A stretch of 64,000 bases of DNA. It comes from an uncultured Gammaproteobacteria bacterium. GTDB taxonomy: Bacteria; Patescibacteriota; Patescibacteriia; Patescibacteriales; UBA12465. How positions within the stretch are numbered: the first letter of the stretch is position 1; each line of letters opens with the position of its first letter. The notes beneath the pieces are model-generated. The model was not told the DNA's origin. It saw only the letters and a program-made list of their open reading frames with translations, and searched no databases. Made by a program: the position numbers and the translations under genes. The stretch lies in the NCBI GenBank assembly GCA_964639785.1, contig CAZXEE010000002.1:79273-143272 (forward strand), in the 5' to 3' direction. Below, piece by piece: positions 56,100-64,000 of the stretch.

Positions 56100-56320
56100 G
56101 GCTGGATAAGCTATCATATAAGTAATCTTATCGGATGATTGTTATGGCCACCAACCATAATAGCCGGATTTTCTGGCTAACCCCTTTAAATTAAAAGGGA
56201 TCTAAATTGCAGATAGGATTAGATTAAGAGCCTCGATCCGTTCGAGGAAACTAGATGGAACCGCGAGAAGATCTCGTTCTAGTAATTCATTATTTGGATT
56301 ATTGGAACGAGATTTTTTTA
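56100..56320 (+). promoter_or_regulatory. T-box riboswitch leader of thrS (the 5' boundary is uncertain)
   Basis: T-box core aaactagaUGGAaccgcgag at 56248-56267. Antiterminator: A1 56251-55/56278-82, 7-nt bulge UGGAACC, A2 56263-68/56272-77. Competing terminator atctcgttc (56271-79) / gaacgagat (56305-13) plus U7. Confidence 0.85.
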
Positions 56321-56341
56321 TTTATAAACTAAAATAAATAT

Positions 56342-58090
56342 ATGGAAAAAGAAAAAACACCGATTGAGGTTAAGCGCCATTCGTTGGCCCATCTGATGGC
56401 CGCGGCTATCTTGGATATCTGGCCGAATGCCAAGCTGGCTATCGGTCCGGCGATTGAAAATGGTTTTTATTATGACATCGATTTCGGCGATGAGAAGATC
56501 AGTGATGCTGACTTCAGGGAAATTGAGAAAAAGATGTCCCATCTCTTAAAACAGAACCTGCCTTTTGTCAGAGCAGAAAAGAATATTGATGAAGCTCTGG
56601 CTGAATTCAAAGCGGCCGGGGATATTTACAAAGCGGAATTGATCGAAGGCTTGAAAGAACAAGGAGAATCGGTCGTCAGTATCTATACTGTCGGCAAGTT
56701 CAGCGATCTTTGCCGCGGTCCTCATGTCGAATCGACCAACAAGATATTGGCCGGAAGTTTCAAGCTGAATAAATTGGCTGGGGCTTATTGGCGCGGTGAT
56801 GAGAAGAACAAGATGTTGACCCGTATCTATGGCTTGGCTTTTGATACCAAGGAAGAGCTTGATGCTCATCTGAATCTGTTGGCAGAAGCGGAAAAGCGGG
56901 ATCATCGCAAGCTGGGTAAGGAATTGGATCTGTTTATGATGCATGAGTATGCTCCTGGTATTCCGTTCTTCTTACCGAAAGGCATGACCGTCTTACTGGA
57001 ACTTACCAAGTTCGCTCGAGAGTATTCTTATGGCGAAGGTTATCATGAAGTTCGGACTCCGCAGCTATTGAATGCTGATCTTTGGAGAACTTCAGGCCAT
57101 TGGGACCATTATCAAGAAGATATGTTCTGTCTGCATCACGCTGAAGATAATATTGATATGGGTATCAAGCCGATGAACTGTCCGGCTCACATGTTGGTCT
57201 TCAAGCGGGATATCCATTCATACAAAGAATTGCCTTTGCGCATTGCTGAGACTACCACTTTGTATCGCAATGAGAAATCCGGTACTTTGCAGGGTCTGAC
57301 TCGGGTTAGGAGCTTGAGCCAGGATGATACTCATATCTTTGTCCGTCCGGACCAGATTATGTCCGAAATCTCTAATCTATTGGAAAAAATCAAGAATATT
57401 TATAACGTTTTCAATCTGCAAATCGATGAGATCCATCTCTCAACTCGTCCGGAGAGCTTCTTGGGAGAGAAGGCTACTTGGGATCTGGCCGAATCCAACT
57501 TGAAAGAGGCTCTGGAGAAGGCCGGTCTTAATTATCAGATCAACGAAGGCGATGGCGCTTTCTATGGTCCGAAGATCGATGTGAAGGTCAAGGATGCCCT
57601 AGGAAGATTGTGGCAATTAGCTACCATCCAATTGGATTTCCAATTACCACAGCGTTTCGATCTCCATTATGACGATGCTGATGGCACCCAGAAAGTCCCA
57701 GTCGTTATCCATCGCGCCTTATTGGGTTCTATGGAGAGATTCATGGGAATTATCATTGAACATTATGCCGGCGCCTTGCCTTTGTGGCTCGCTCCGGTCC
57801 AGATCAAGTTATTGTCTGTCGGTGAAAAGCACATCGAATTCTGCCGGAAGCTGGAAAAGGAATTCAAGTCATTCGGTTTGAGAGTAGAAGTCGATGATCA
57901 CAATGAGACTGTCGGCAACAAGATCAGAAAATCTACCCAGGAGAAGATCCCGTATCTGTTGGTAATCGGAGACAAGGAAATTGAATCTGACAACTTGGCC
58001 GTTAGGGAACGGGGAAGCCAGGAGAATCGGGAAATCGGCAAGGATGAGTTTATCAAGGAAGTATTGGAAAGGATCAAGCTAAAGAAATAG
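56342..58090 (+). CDS. thrS: Threonyl-tRNA synthetase (no N-terminal TGS domain)
   Basis: Starts in the editing/second additional domain (KRHSLAHLMAAA). Class II core HRKLGKELDLF, FRNEKSG-like TLYRNEKSGTLQGLTRVR. Anticodon-binding C-terminus. Confidence 0.96.
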   Translation: MEKEKTPIEVKRHSLAHLMAAAILDIWPNAKLAIGPAIENGFYYDIDFGDEKISDADFREIEKKMSHLLKQNLPFVRAEKNIDEALAEFKAAGDIYKAELIEGLKEQGESVVSIYTVGKFSDLCRGPHVESTNKILAGSFKLNKLAGAYWRGDEKNKMLTRIYGLAFDTKEELDAHLNLLAEAEKRDHRKLGKELDLFMMHEYAPGIPFFLPKGMTVLLELTKFAREYSYGEGYHEVRTPQLLNADLWRTSGHWDHYQEDMFCLHHAEDNIDMGIKPMNCPAHMLVFKRDIHSYKELPLRIAETTTLYRNEKSGTLQGLTRVRSLSQDDTHIFVRPDQIMSEISNLLEKIKNIYNVFNLQIDEIHLSTRPESFLGEKATWDLAESNLKEALEKAGLNYQINEGDGAFYGPKIDVKVKDALGRLWQLATIQLDFQLPQRFDLHYDDADGTQKVPVVIHRALLGSMERFMGIIIEHYAGALPLWLAPVQIKLLSVGEKHIEFCRKLEKEFKSFGLRVEVDDHNETVGNKIRKSTQEKIPYLLVIGDKEIESDNLAVRERGSQENREIGKDEFIKEVLERIKLKK

Positions 58091-58109
58091 TTTTAGATAA
58101 AAAGAAAAA

Positions 58110-58138
58110 AGAGAATGATTGGTTCATTCTCTTTTTTT
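58110..58138. terminator. Bidirectional rho-independent terminator
   Basis: agagaatga (58110-58118) / tcattctct (58124-58132), flanked by an A run and a T run. It lies between convergent genes. Confidence 0.8.
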
Positions 58139-58149
58139 AATGTTTTGCG

Positions 58150-58563
58150 CTATTCCTCAGCTTCTTTGTCGCTGACATATTCCAGGCGATCATTGTTGTA
58201 TTCTGAAGTCATTGCCCGAATATGGATTTTTTTGATCGGAACTTTGGTTTGGAACAGGAACCTTCTGATGGTAACCATCTTTTCCGGGTTGTTCCTTTGT
58301 GTTTCTTGGAAATTTGTTTCGTCCACTTCCGGGTCATTCAACCAGCAGCGGGAATTATGATAGGAGAGATACAAATAGAACAATTGTTCTTTCTTTTTGG
58401 GAGGGTTCTTTTTATCTTCTTCTTTCATTTTATCCCTTTCCTCTTTATTTTTTTTCTTTTCCTTTTCTTTTTTGGCTGTTTTGGAATTTCTTCCTAATAA
58501 TTTAATCTTGAAGGCGGGAGCTAAACCGCTCTTCACTATCCTTCTTTTGGCTTTATACTTCAT
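58150..58563 (-). CDS. Hypothetical protein with a Lys/Glu-rich low-complexity N-terminal half (137 aa)
   Basis: Strong SD on the minus strand (aaggaggaccgcgctATG), a convergent terminator, and a structured-looking C-terminal half. I recognised no family. Confidence 0.6.
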   Translation of the reverse strand: MKYKAKRRIVKSGLAPAFKIKLLGRNSKTAKKEKEKKKNKEERDKMKEEDKKNPPKKKEQLFYLYLSYHNSRCWLNDPEVDETNFQETQRNNPEKMVTIRRFLFQTKVPIKKIHIRAMTSEYNNDRLEYVSDKEAEE

Positions 58564-58721
58564 AGCGCGGTCCTCCTTGTTTTTTGTTAGGTACTAGGTT
58601 AATTATGGCTATATAATAGCATATTTTACTATTTTAGTCAATGGATTAATGGGGAAAATGATAAAAGAGCTTATTTTCACCTCTTTTTTTATTCCCAGAT
58701 TTATATTATACTGATTATCAT

Positions 58722-59942
58722 ATGAAGATTAAACAGAAATTAGAATTATTGGCTCCGGCCGGTAATCCGGACAAGATGAAGACCGCTTTCGCCTATGGCG
58801 CTGACGCGGTCTATTTAGGTATTCCTGAGTTTTCTCTCCGGGTCAGGATCAATGACTTCGACTTCAAGGGGGTGGAGAAGGCTATCGAGTATGCTCATTC
58901 CTTGAAGAAGCGGGTCTATGTCACTGTCAATATCTTTGCCCATGAGAAACATATCAAGCTCCTACCCAATTATCTCAAGAAATTGAATAGGGTCAAGCCG
59001 GATGGCATTATTTTGTCTGATCCGGGGGTTTTGGAACTGGTCAAGAAGTACCTGCCTAAGGTGATGATCCATCTCTCAACCCAAGCTAATTGTACTAATG
59101 GTGCAGCGGTGAAATTCTGGTATAAGCAGGGGGTACGACGGATCATTCTGGGTCGGGAAGTGACTTTAAAAGAGATTAAAGAGATTCACAAGGCTTGCCC
59201 GCGGATGGAATTGGAATATTTCGTCCATGGCGCGATGTGCATGGCTTATTCCGGTCGCTGTTTCTTAAGCAAGGATATGGTTGGGCGCAGCGCTAATCTG
59301 GGTGATTGTGTTCAGCCTTGCCGTTGGGAATACGAGGTCTTTATCAAGCCGCATGGACATAGTGAGGTGTTGGAGTTAGTGGAAGAGACTCATGGTACCT
59401 ATCTGTTAAATTCTAAGGATCTATGTCTTTTGAAATATCTGCCGGAGTTGATCAAGGCCGGAATAACTAGCTTCAAGATTGAGGGTCGGGCTAAAAGTGC
59501 TTATTATCTGGCTAATATCATCGGTATTTATCGATCCGCCTTGGATGATATCAAGAAGATTCCGGCTTTATCGGGAGAACTGAACACAAAAATTACTCAC
59601 CGTGGTTATACCACCGGATTCTTGCTGGGTGACAAGGCTGAGCAGAATGTGGCCAATTCTCACAATATTCCTGATTGGGAATTCTGCGGGCAAGTTATCA
59701 AAAGTGATGCTGAAAAGATTTTAGTCCAGGTTCATAATACCATTAAGGCCGATGACCAGTTGGAGCTTGTCTTGCCTTTTTATGATATAATTAAGTTCAA
59801 GGCCGGAGAGATGACTGATTTCAAAAGCGGCCGGAAAACCGTTGAGGCCCATGGCGGCGGAGGCGGACAAAAGGTGTATATAAATAATTTATCTGGCCGG
59901 GAAGTTCCTGTTTTGGCTGTCTTGAGACGGAAGATAAAATAA
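58722..59942 (+). CDS. Peptidase U32 family protein (collagenase-like / RNA hydroxylation-associated family)
   Basis: LELLAPAGNPDKMKTAFAYGADAVYLG N-terminus and E-x-F-x-HGA-x-C-x-A-x-SG-x-C motif (EYFVHGAMCMAYSGRC). Confidence 0.88.
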   Translation: MKIKQKLELLAPAGNPDKMKTAFAYGADAVYLGIPEFSLRVRINDFDFKGVEKAIEYAHSLKKRVYVTVNIFAHEKHIKLLPNYLKKLNRVKPDGIILSDPGVLELVKKYLPKVMIHLSTQANCTNGAAVKFWYKQGVRRIILGREVTLKEIKEIHKACPRMELEYFVHGAMCMAYSGRCFLSKDMVGRSANLGDCVQPCRWEYEVFIKPHGHSEVLELVEETHGTYLLNSKDLCLLKYLPELIKAGITSFKIEGRAKSAYYLANIIGIYRSALDDIKKIPALSGELNTKITHRGYTTGFLLGDKAEQNVANSHNIPDWEFCGQVIKSDAEKILVQVHNTIKADDQLELVLPFYDIIKFKAGEMTDFKSGRKTVEAHGGGGGQKVYINNLSGREVPVLAVLRRKIK

Positions 59943-59948
59943 TCGATT

Positions 59949-60527
59949 ATGATTTCATACTTAAGAGGAAAAATCATTTATAAGAATAATGGCTCATTGA
60001 TATTGGATGTGGCTGGTGTTGGGTATGGCATCTCTTTAAGTGAGAGATTATTACAGGAAGTGAAGGTCGGATTAGAGGAAGCTTTCTATATCTATCATCA
60101 TATCCGTGAAGACGCTTCTGATTTGTATGGGTTTAAAAGCGTTGAAGACTTAGAATTATTTAATCTGCTCTTGTCGGTATCAGGCATCGGACCAAAGTCA
60201 GCTTTAGGGGTCTTGTCAGCGGCAACTTCGCCAGAGATTGTCCAATCTATCGCTCGAGGAGATTCTTTGCTTTTGACTAAGGTTTCAGGGATTGGAAAGA
60301 AGACAGCTGAACGCTTGGTTCTGGAGCTGAGGAGCAAGGTTGTCAAATTAGGCGGTGCTTCTATGGATGATTTTGGCCTTAATTCGGCGGGTAGCGATGA
60401 AATCGATGCCTTGATGGCCCTGGGGTACTCTTTATTGGAAGCGCGCGAGGCTTTGAGGGCGGTTTCTCCTAGTATTATTGATAGTCGGACTCGGCTCAAA
60501 GAGGCCTTGAAAAATATGAGAAAATAA
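59949..60527 (+). CDS. ruvA: Holliday junction DNA helicase subunit RuvA
   Basis: MISYLRGKI...GVGYGI, HhH motifs LLSVSGIGPKSALGVL and KVSGIGKKTAERLVLEL, and C-terminal domain III. Confidence 0.95.
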   Translation: MISYLRGKIIYKNNGSLILDVAGVGYGISLSERLLQEVKVGLEEAFYIYHHIREDASDLYGFKSVEDLELFNLLLSVSGIGPKSALGVLSAATSPEIVQSIARGDSLLLTKVSGIGKKTAERLVLELRSKVVKLGGASMDDFGLNSAGSDEIDALMALGYSLLEAREALRAVSPSIIDSRTRLKEALKNMRK

Positions 60528-60542
60528 GGTAGCGTATAATCT

Positions 60543-61775
60543 ATGAAACAATCACAATTATTTACCAAAACGACTAAAGAAACCCCTAAGGATGAAACCA
60601 GCTTCAATGCCCAGGTTTTGATTCGGGCTGGCTTCATCGACAAGGTGGGCGCCGGTATTTATAATTTCCTGCCACTGGGATTAAGGGTCTTGAATAAGAT
60701 TAATAATATAGTCAGGGAAGAGATGGCCGCTGTTTCCGGTCAGGAGGTCTTGATGACCGCTTTGACCCCGAAAGAAGTTTGGCAGGCCACTAACCGCTGG
60801 GATAATTTCGATGCTTTGTTCAAGTTAACAGGTAACGATGACAAGGAATATGCTTTAGGTGCTACTCATGAGGAAATAGTTACCCCATTGGCTAAAAAAT
60901 TTCTATGCTCATACAAGGAATTGCCGAAATCAATCTATCAGATCCAGGTTAAGTTTCGGAATGAGAAAAGAGCTAAGGCTGGATTATTGCGCGGCCGGGA
61001 ATTTTTGATGAAGGATATGTATTCCTTCCATGTCGATCAGGCTGATCTGGATAAATATTATGAAGAAGTTAAAGCGGCTTATTTCCGTATTTACGAAAGA
61101 TTGGGTTTGAAGGATCTAACTTATTTAACCTATTCTTCCGGCGGAGCTTTTTCCAAGTTTTCTCATGAGTTTCAGACTTTAACCGAGGCTGGTGAAGACC
61201 GCATCTATATCTGCCCAGATTGCCGAGTAGCTGTTAACAGGGAGATAATTGAAGAACATAATTTCTGTCCAGTTTGCAATCGCTCTGATTTGACTGAGGC
61301 TAAGGCGATCGAGGTTGGTAATATCTTTAAGTTGGGCACTAAATTTTCCAGCGCTTTCGATATGAAATATATGGATAACAACGGACAGGCTCAGGAGGTT
61401 ATCATGGGTTGCTACGGTATGGGTCCGAGTCGGGTGATGGGAACTATAGTGGAAGTCTTTAATGATGAAAAGGGAATTATCTGGCCAGAAAGCATTGCTC
61501 CATTCAAGATTCATTTATTGTCTTTGAAAGAGAATGAAGCGGCTGAAAAGGTTTATGCTGAATTAATTAAAAATAATATCGAAGTGCTGTTTGATGACCG
61601 GGAGGATATCGGAGCTGGACAGAAATTCGCCGATGCCGACTTGATCGGTTGCCCGTATCGTTTAGTTATCTCAAGCAAGACCTTGCAAGCTGGCGGAGCT
61701 GAGCTTAAGGCTCGTACCAGCGATCAGATGGAAATAATTCCATTAGATCAAATTATCAATAAACTTAGCAATTAA
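60543..61775 (+). CDS. proS: Prolyl-tRNA synthetase, bacterial-type core without the INS editing domain
   Basis: SFNAQVLIRAGFIDKVGAGIYNFLPLGLRVLNKI. Motif 2 FRNEKRAKAGLLRGREFLMKD. SHEF...GED, then a CxxC-x14-CxxC knuckle directly before IEVGNIFKLGTKFS. 410 aa. Confidence 0.9.
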   Translation: MKQSQLFTKTTKETPKDETSFNAQVLIRAGFIDKVGAGIYNFLPLGLRVLNKINNIVREEMAAVSGQEVLMTALTPKEVWQATNRWDNFDALFKLTGNDDKEYALGATHEEIVTPLAKKFLCSYKELPKSIYQIQVKFRNEKRAKAGLLRGREFLMKDMYSFHVDQADLDKYYEEVKAAYFRIYERLGLKDLTYLTYSSGGAFSKFSHEFQTLTEAGEDRIYICPDCRVAVNREIIEEHNFCPVCNRSDLTEAKAIEVGNIFKLGTKFSSAFDMKYMDNNGQAQEVIMGCYGMGPSRVMGTIVEVFNDEKGIIWPESIAPFKIHLLSLKENEAAEKVYAELIKNNIEVLFDDREDIGAGQKFADADLIGCPYRLVISSKTLQAGGAELKARTSDQMEIIPLDQIINKLSN

Positions 61776-61779
61776 TACC

Positions 61780-62829
61780 ATGTTTGGAAATTTATTAGCA
61801 AAATTCAGCCGTTTCGGTCATGACTTAGGGGTTGATTTAGGTACTAAGAATACTCTGGTTTATGTCGATAAAAAAGGCATTATTATTAACGAACCGAGCG
61901 TGGTTGCTATTAACAGCCGGACCACTGAAATCTTGGAAATTGGCCGTGAAGCTAAGAAGATGGTCGGCAAGACCCCGGGCCATATCCAGACTATCAAGCC
62001 ATTGATCGATGGCGTTATTTCTGATTTTGAAGTGACGGAAAAGATGTTGAAATATTTTATCAAGAAAGTCCATAATGAGAATTTTTCTTTGATTCCTCGT
62101 CCTCGGGTGATCATTGGTATTCCGCTTGATATCACTGAGGTGGAGAAGAAGGCGGTAGAAGACGCTGCTAAGTCAGCCGGAGCCCGTAAAGTCTATCTGG
62201 TGGAAGAAGTTATGGCTTCAGCTATCGGTGCTCGCTTGCCGGTTTTGGATGCGACCGCCAATATGGTGGTTGATATCGGTGGCGGCACTACGGATATCGC
62301 AGTTATTTCTTTGGGCGGCGTCGTTTCTTATAAGTCCCTCCGTTTTGCCGGCAATGAATTGGATAATAATATTATCGATTATATCCGTGAGGAATTTAAT
62401 TTATTGATCGGAGAACAGTTGGCTGAAAAGATCAAGGTTCAACTGGGTTCAGTTATTCCTTTTGACGAACCGCGTGAAATGGAAGTCCGCGGCCGTGATT
62501 TGATCAATGGTTTGCCTAAATCTATCATAGTTACAGACGTTCAGGTTAGAGAGGCTATCAGCCGGACAATCAGCAAGATGGTTGATAATATCAAATTGAC
62601 TCTGGAATCAACTCCGCCGGAGTTAGTTTCTGATATCTATGAGAGCGGCATTTATCTGACTGGCGGCGGCGCTTTGCTTTATGGCTTAGCCGATTTGATT
62701 TCAGCGGCAGCTAAGATCCCGGTAGTCGTAGTCGATGATCCTCTGACCTGTATGGCTCGAGGCACCGGTCTTTTATTCGCCGATGACAGGCTCTTGGAAA
62801 AGGTTATGGTTTTGCCGAATCTGATGTAA
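61780..62829 (+). CDS. mreB: Rod shape-determining actin homolog MreB
   Basis: DLGVDLGTKNTLVY, DIGGGTTDIAVISLGG and GIYLTGGGALL motifs. 349 aa. Confidence 0.96.
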   Translation: MFGNLLAKFSRFGHDLGVDLGTKNTLVYVDKKGIIINEPSVVAINSRTTEILEIGREAKKMVGKTPGHIQTIKPLIDGVISDFEVTEKMLKYFIKKVHNENFSLIPRPRVIIGIPLDITEVEKKAVEDAAKSAGARKVYLVEEVMASAIGARLPVLDATANMVVDIGGGTTDIAVISLGGVVSYKSLRFAGNELDNNIIDYIREEFNLLIGEQLAEKIKVQLGSVIPFDEPREMEVRGRDLINGLPKSIIVTDVQVREAISRTISKMVDNIKLTLESTPPELVSDIYESGIYLTGGGALLYGLADLISAAAKIPVVVVDDPLTCMARGTGLLFADDRLLEKVMVLPNLM

Positions 62830-62830
62830 T

Positions 62831-63640
62831 ATGCCTAAGAACAGAATTAAACAACATACAAAAATAATAGTAGTTGCCGGACTACTTATTTTTTTTCATT
62901 TTATCGGACTTTTATCGCCGTTTGAAAAAATATTAATCCGGATTAGCCAGCCGGTGTTCGGGAAGTTATATGGTTTTGGTTCCGGTTGGAGGGAAGAGCA
63001 TAACCAGGCGGCTTCCCAAATCGATCTGAATGCCAAGGTTAATGATTTGGAGAGTCAGGTTAGCAGCTTGGTGGTGGAGAATGCTCGGCTCAAAGAATTG
63101 GAAGATGAAAATCAGAAGTTGAGAGAGTATCTTAATTTCTTTGGTGAAAAGAAGAACGATTATGTTCTGGCTAATGTCACTTCTCAAGAAAATTTCTTAG
63201 ATGCCGTCAAATATGGCCAGAATATCATTATCAACAAGGGCAGCAAGAATAATTTGATTCCTGGTTTGGCGGTTATCAACGGCCAAGGCGTAGTGGTGGG
63301 AAAGGTGTTGGAGGTTAAGGAGAATTCTTCTCGGGTCTGCTTGCTGGTCAATAGCTCTTGCAAGTTAGCGGTTAGCGTCTTGAATCAGAATCGGACCATC
63401 GGCGTGACTGAGGGTGATCTGGGATTAACCGTCAAGATCAATTTTGTCGGTCAGACGGAAAAAGTTAATCAGGGCGATATCGTGGTGACTTCAGGCTTGG
63501 AAAAAGATATCCCAGCCGGTTTAGTATTAGGACGGGTCAGCCAGATTAACAATAATGAGAATGATGTCTGGCAGAATATCAATGTCGAACCTCTGGTTAA
63601 TTTCGATAACTTAGGAGTAGTCTCAGTGGTTTTACCTTAG
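62831..63640 (+). CDS. mreC: Rod shape-determining protein MreC
   Basis: N-terminal TM helix, coiled coil (LESQVSSLVVENARLKELEDENQKLREYL), and beta-barrel domains (VVTSGLEKDIPAGLVLGRV). Confidence 0.9.
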   Translation: MPKNRIKQHTKIIVVAGLLIFFHFIGLLSPFEKILIRISQPVFGKLYGFGSGWREEHNQAASQIDLNAKVNDLESQVSSLVVENARLKELEDENQKLREYLNFFGEKKNDYVLANVTSQENFLDAVKYGQNIIINKGSKNNLIPGLAVINGQGVVVGKVLEVKENSSRVCLLVNSSCKLAVSVLNQNRTIGVTEGDLGLTVKINFVGQTEKVNQGDIVVTSGLEKDIPAGLVLGRVSQINNNENDVWQNINVEPLVNFDNLGVVSVVLP

Positions 63641-63650
63641 CCATAAGATT

Positions 63651-64000
63651 ATGAAAAAATATTTCTCTGCCATCCTTTATATTGCCTTTTTATTAATTGC
63701 TGTCTTTTTTCAGTTATCGTTAGTCAATTCCTTGCCTTATGTTTATAGTCGGATCAATCTAATCCTTCTGGCCTTGATCCTATTCTTGTTTTTCTTTGAT
63801 TTCCGGAAAGTTATATTTTTGGCTTTGGGCTTGGGACTATTGATGGACATTTTTTCTTTCCAATTTTTTGGGTTTTATAGCTTAACTTTATTTTTGACGG
63901 TTTTTCTGGCTGACTTCTTGTTGGCTAATTGGTTTACCAACCGTTCGGCTTACTCTTTTTTAGCTCTGACTTTCTTCACCACCTTGTTTTATAATTTTGT
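63651..64000 (+). CDS. mreD: Probable MreD (3' end lies outside the window)
   Basis: ATG at 63651 and open to the window end. Polytopic hydrophobic sequence (MKKYFSAILYIAFLLIAVFFQLSLV...) in the canonical position after mreC. Not in the ORF track because no stop is reached. Confidence 0.65.
   Translation, partial: MKKYFSAILYIAFLLIAVFFQLSLVNSLPYVYSRINLILLALILFLFFFDFRKVIFLALGLGLLMDIFSFQFFGFYSLTLFLTVFLADFLLANWFTNRSAYSFLALTFFTTLFYNF

Noticed and set aside
58115-58597. Four overlapping + strand ORFs rich in Phe, Leu and Ser.
   Set aside because: They are complement-strand artefacts of the Lys/Glu-rich (AAG/GAA-rich) minus-strand gene, which has a strong SD and a terminator.

Overview
AT-rich 64-kb window that is almost entirely coding, with all but four predicted genes on the + strand. 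I found no rRNA, CRISPR array, transposase or integrase. Gene content suggests a streamlined Patescibacteria/CPR-type chromosome, but this is inference from many FTLIELLVVIAIIG-type pilins, domain-minimised housekeeping enzymes and sparse Shine-Dalgarno use. Left end: the tail of a type IV pilus locus. It holds a pilC 3' fragment, two tandem major-pilin genes identical over 423 bp, a FemAB-family gene, ybeY, and a FimT/PilV/PilW/PilX-like minor-pilin set whose PilX-like member carries a DUF1566 lectin-like domain. Housekeeping genes: ligA, gatC, gatA, holB, frr, rseP, hpf, secA, ileS, lemA, htpX, pyk, mnmA, parA, parB, dnaE, rlmN, thrS, ruvA, proS, mreB, mreC and a partial mreD. RNA genes and elements: tRNA-Ser(GGA), tRNA-Leu(CAA), RNase P RNA, and a T-box leader upstream of thrS. 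Accessory content that deserves attention: (1) a promoter-to-terminator seven-gene signalling operon with two histidine kinases, two receiver-only regulators, an ankyrin protein and two small paralogous unknowns, with no recognisable output domain; (2) an ionotropic-glutamate-receptor-like channel with a eukaryote-like pore loop and no signal peptide; (3) two further pilin-headed fusion proteins, one to a Cys-rich linker plus FISUMP lectin-like domain and one to a 7-blade propeller, the first sitting behind a G8 tract in its promoter spacer; (4) a Nudix hydrolase with a SecA-like SEC-C tail directly after secA, followed by DUF1653, a deoxyribosyltransferase-like protein and a GH3-family ligase; (5) a ~50-aa GEAWY module shared by two secreted proteins. 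All calls rest on reading the sequence and remembered family signatures. No database search was run.
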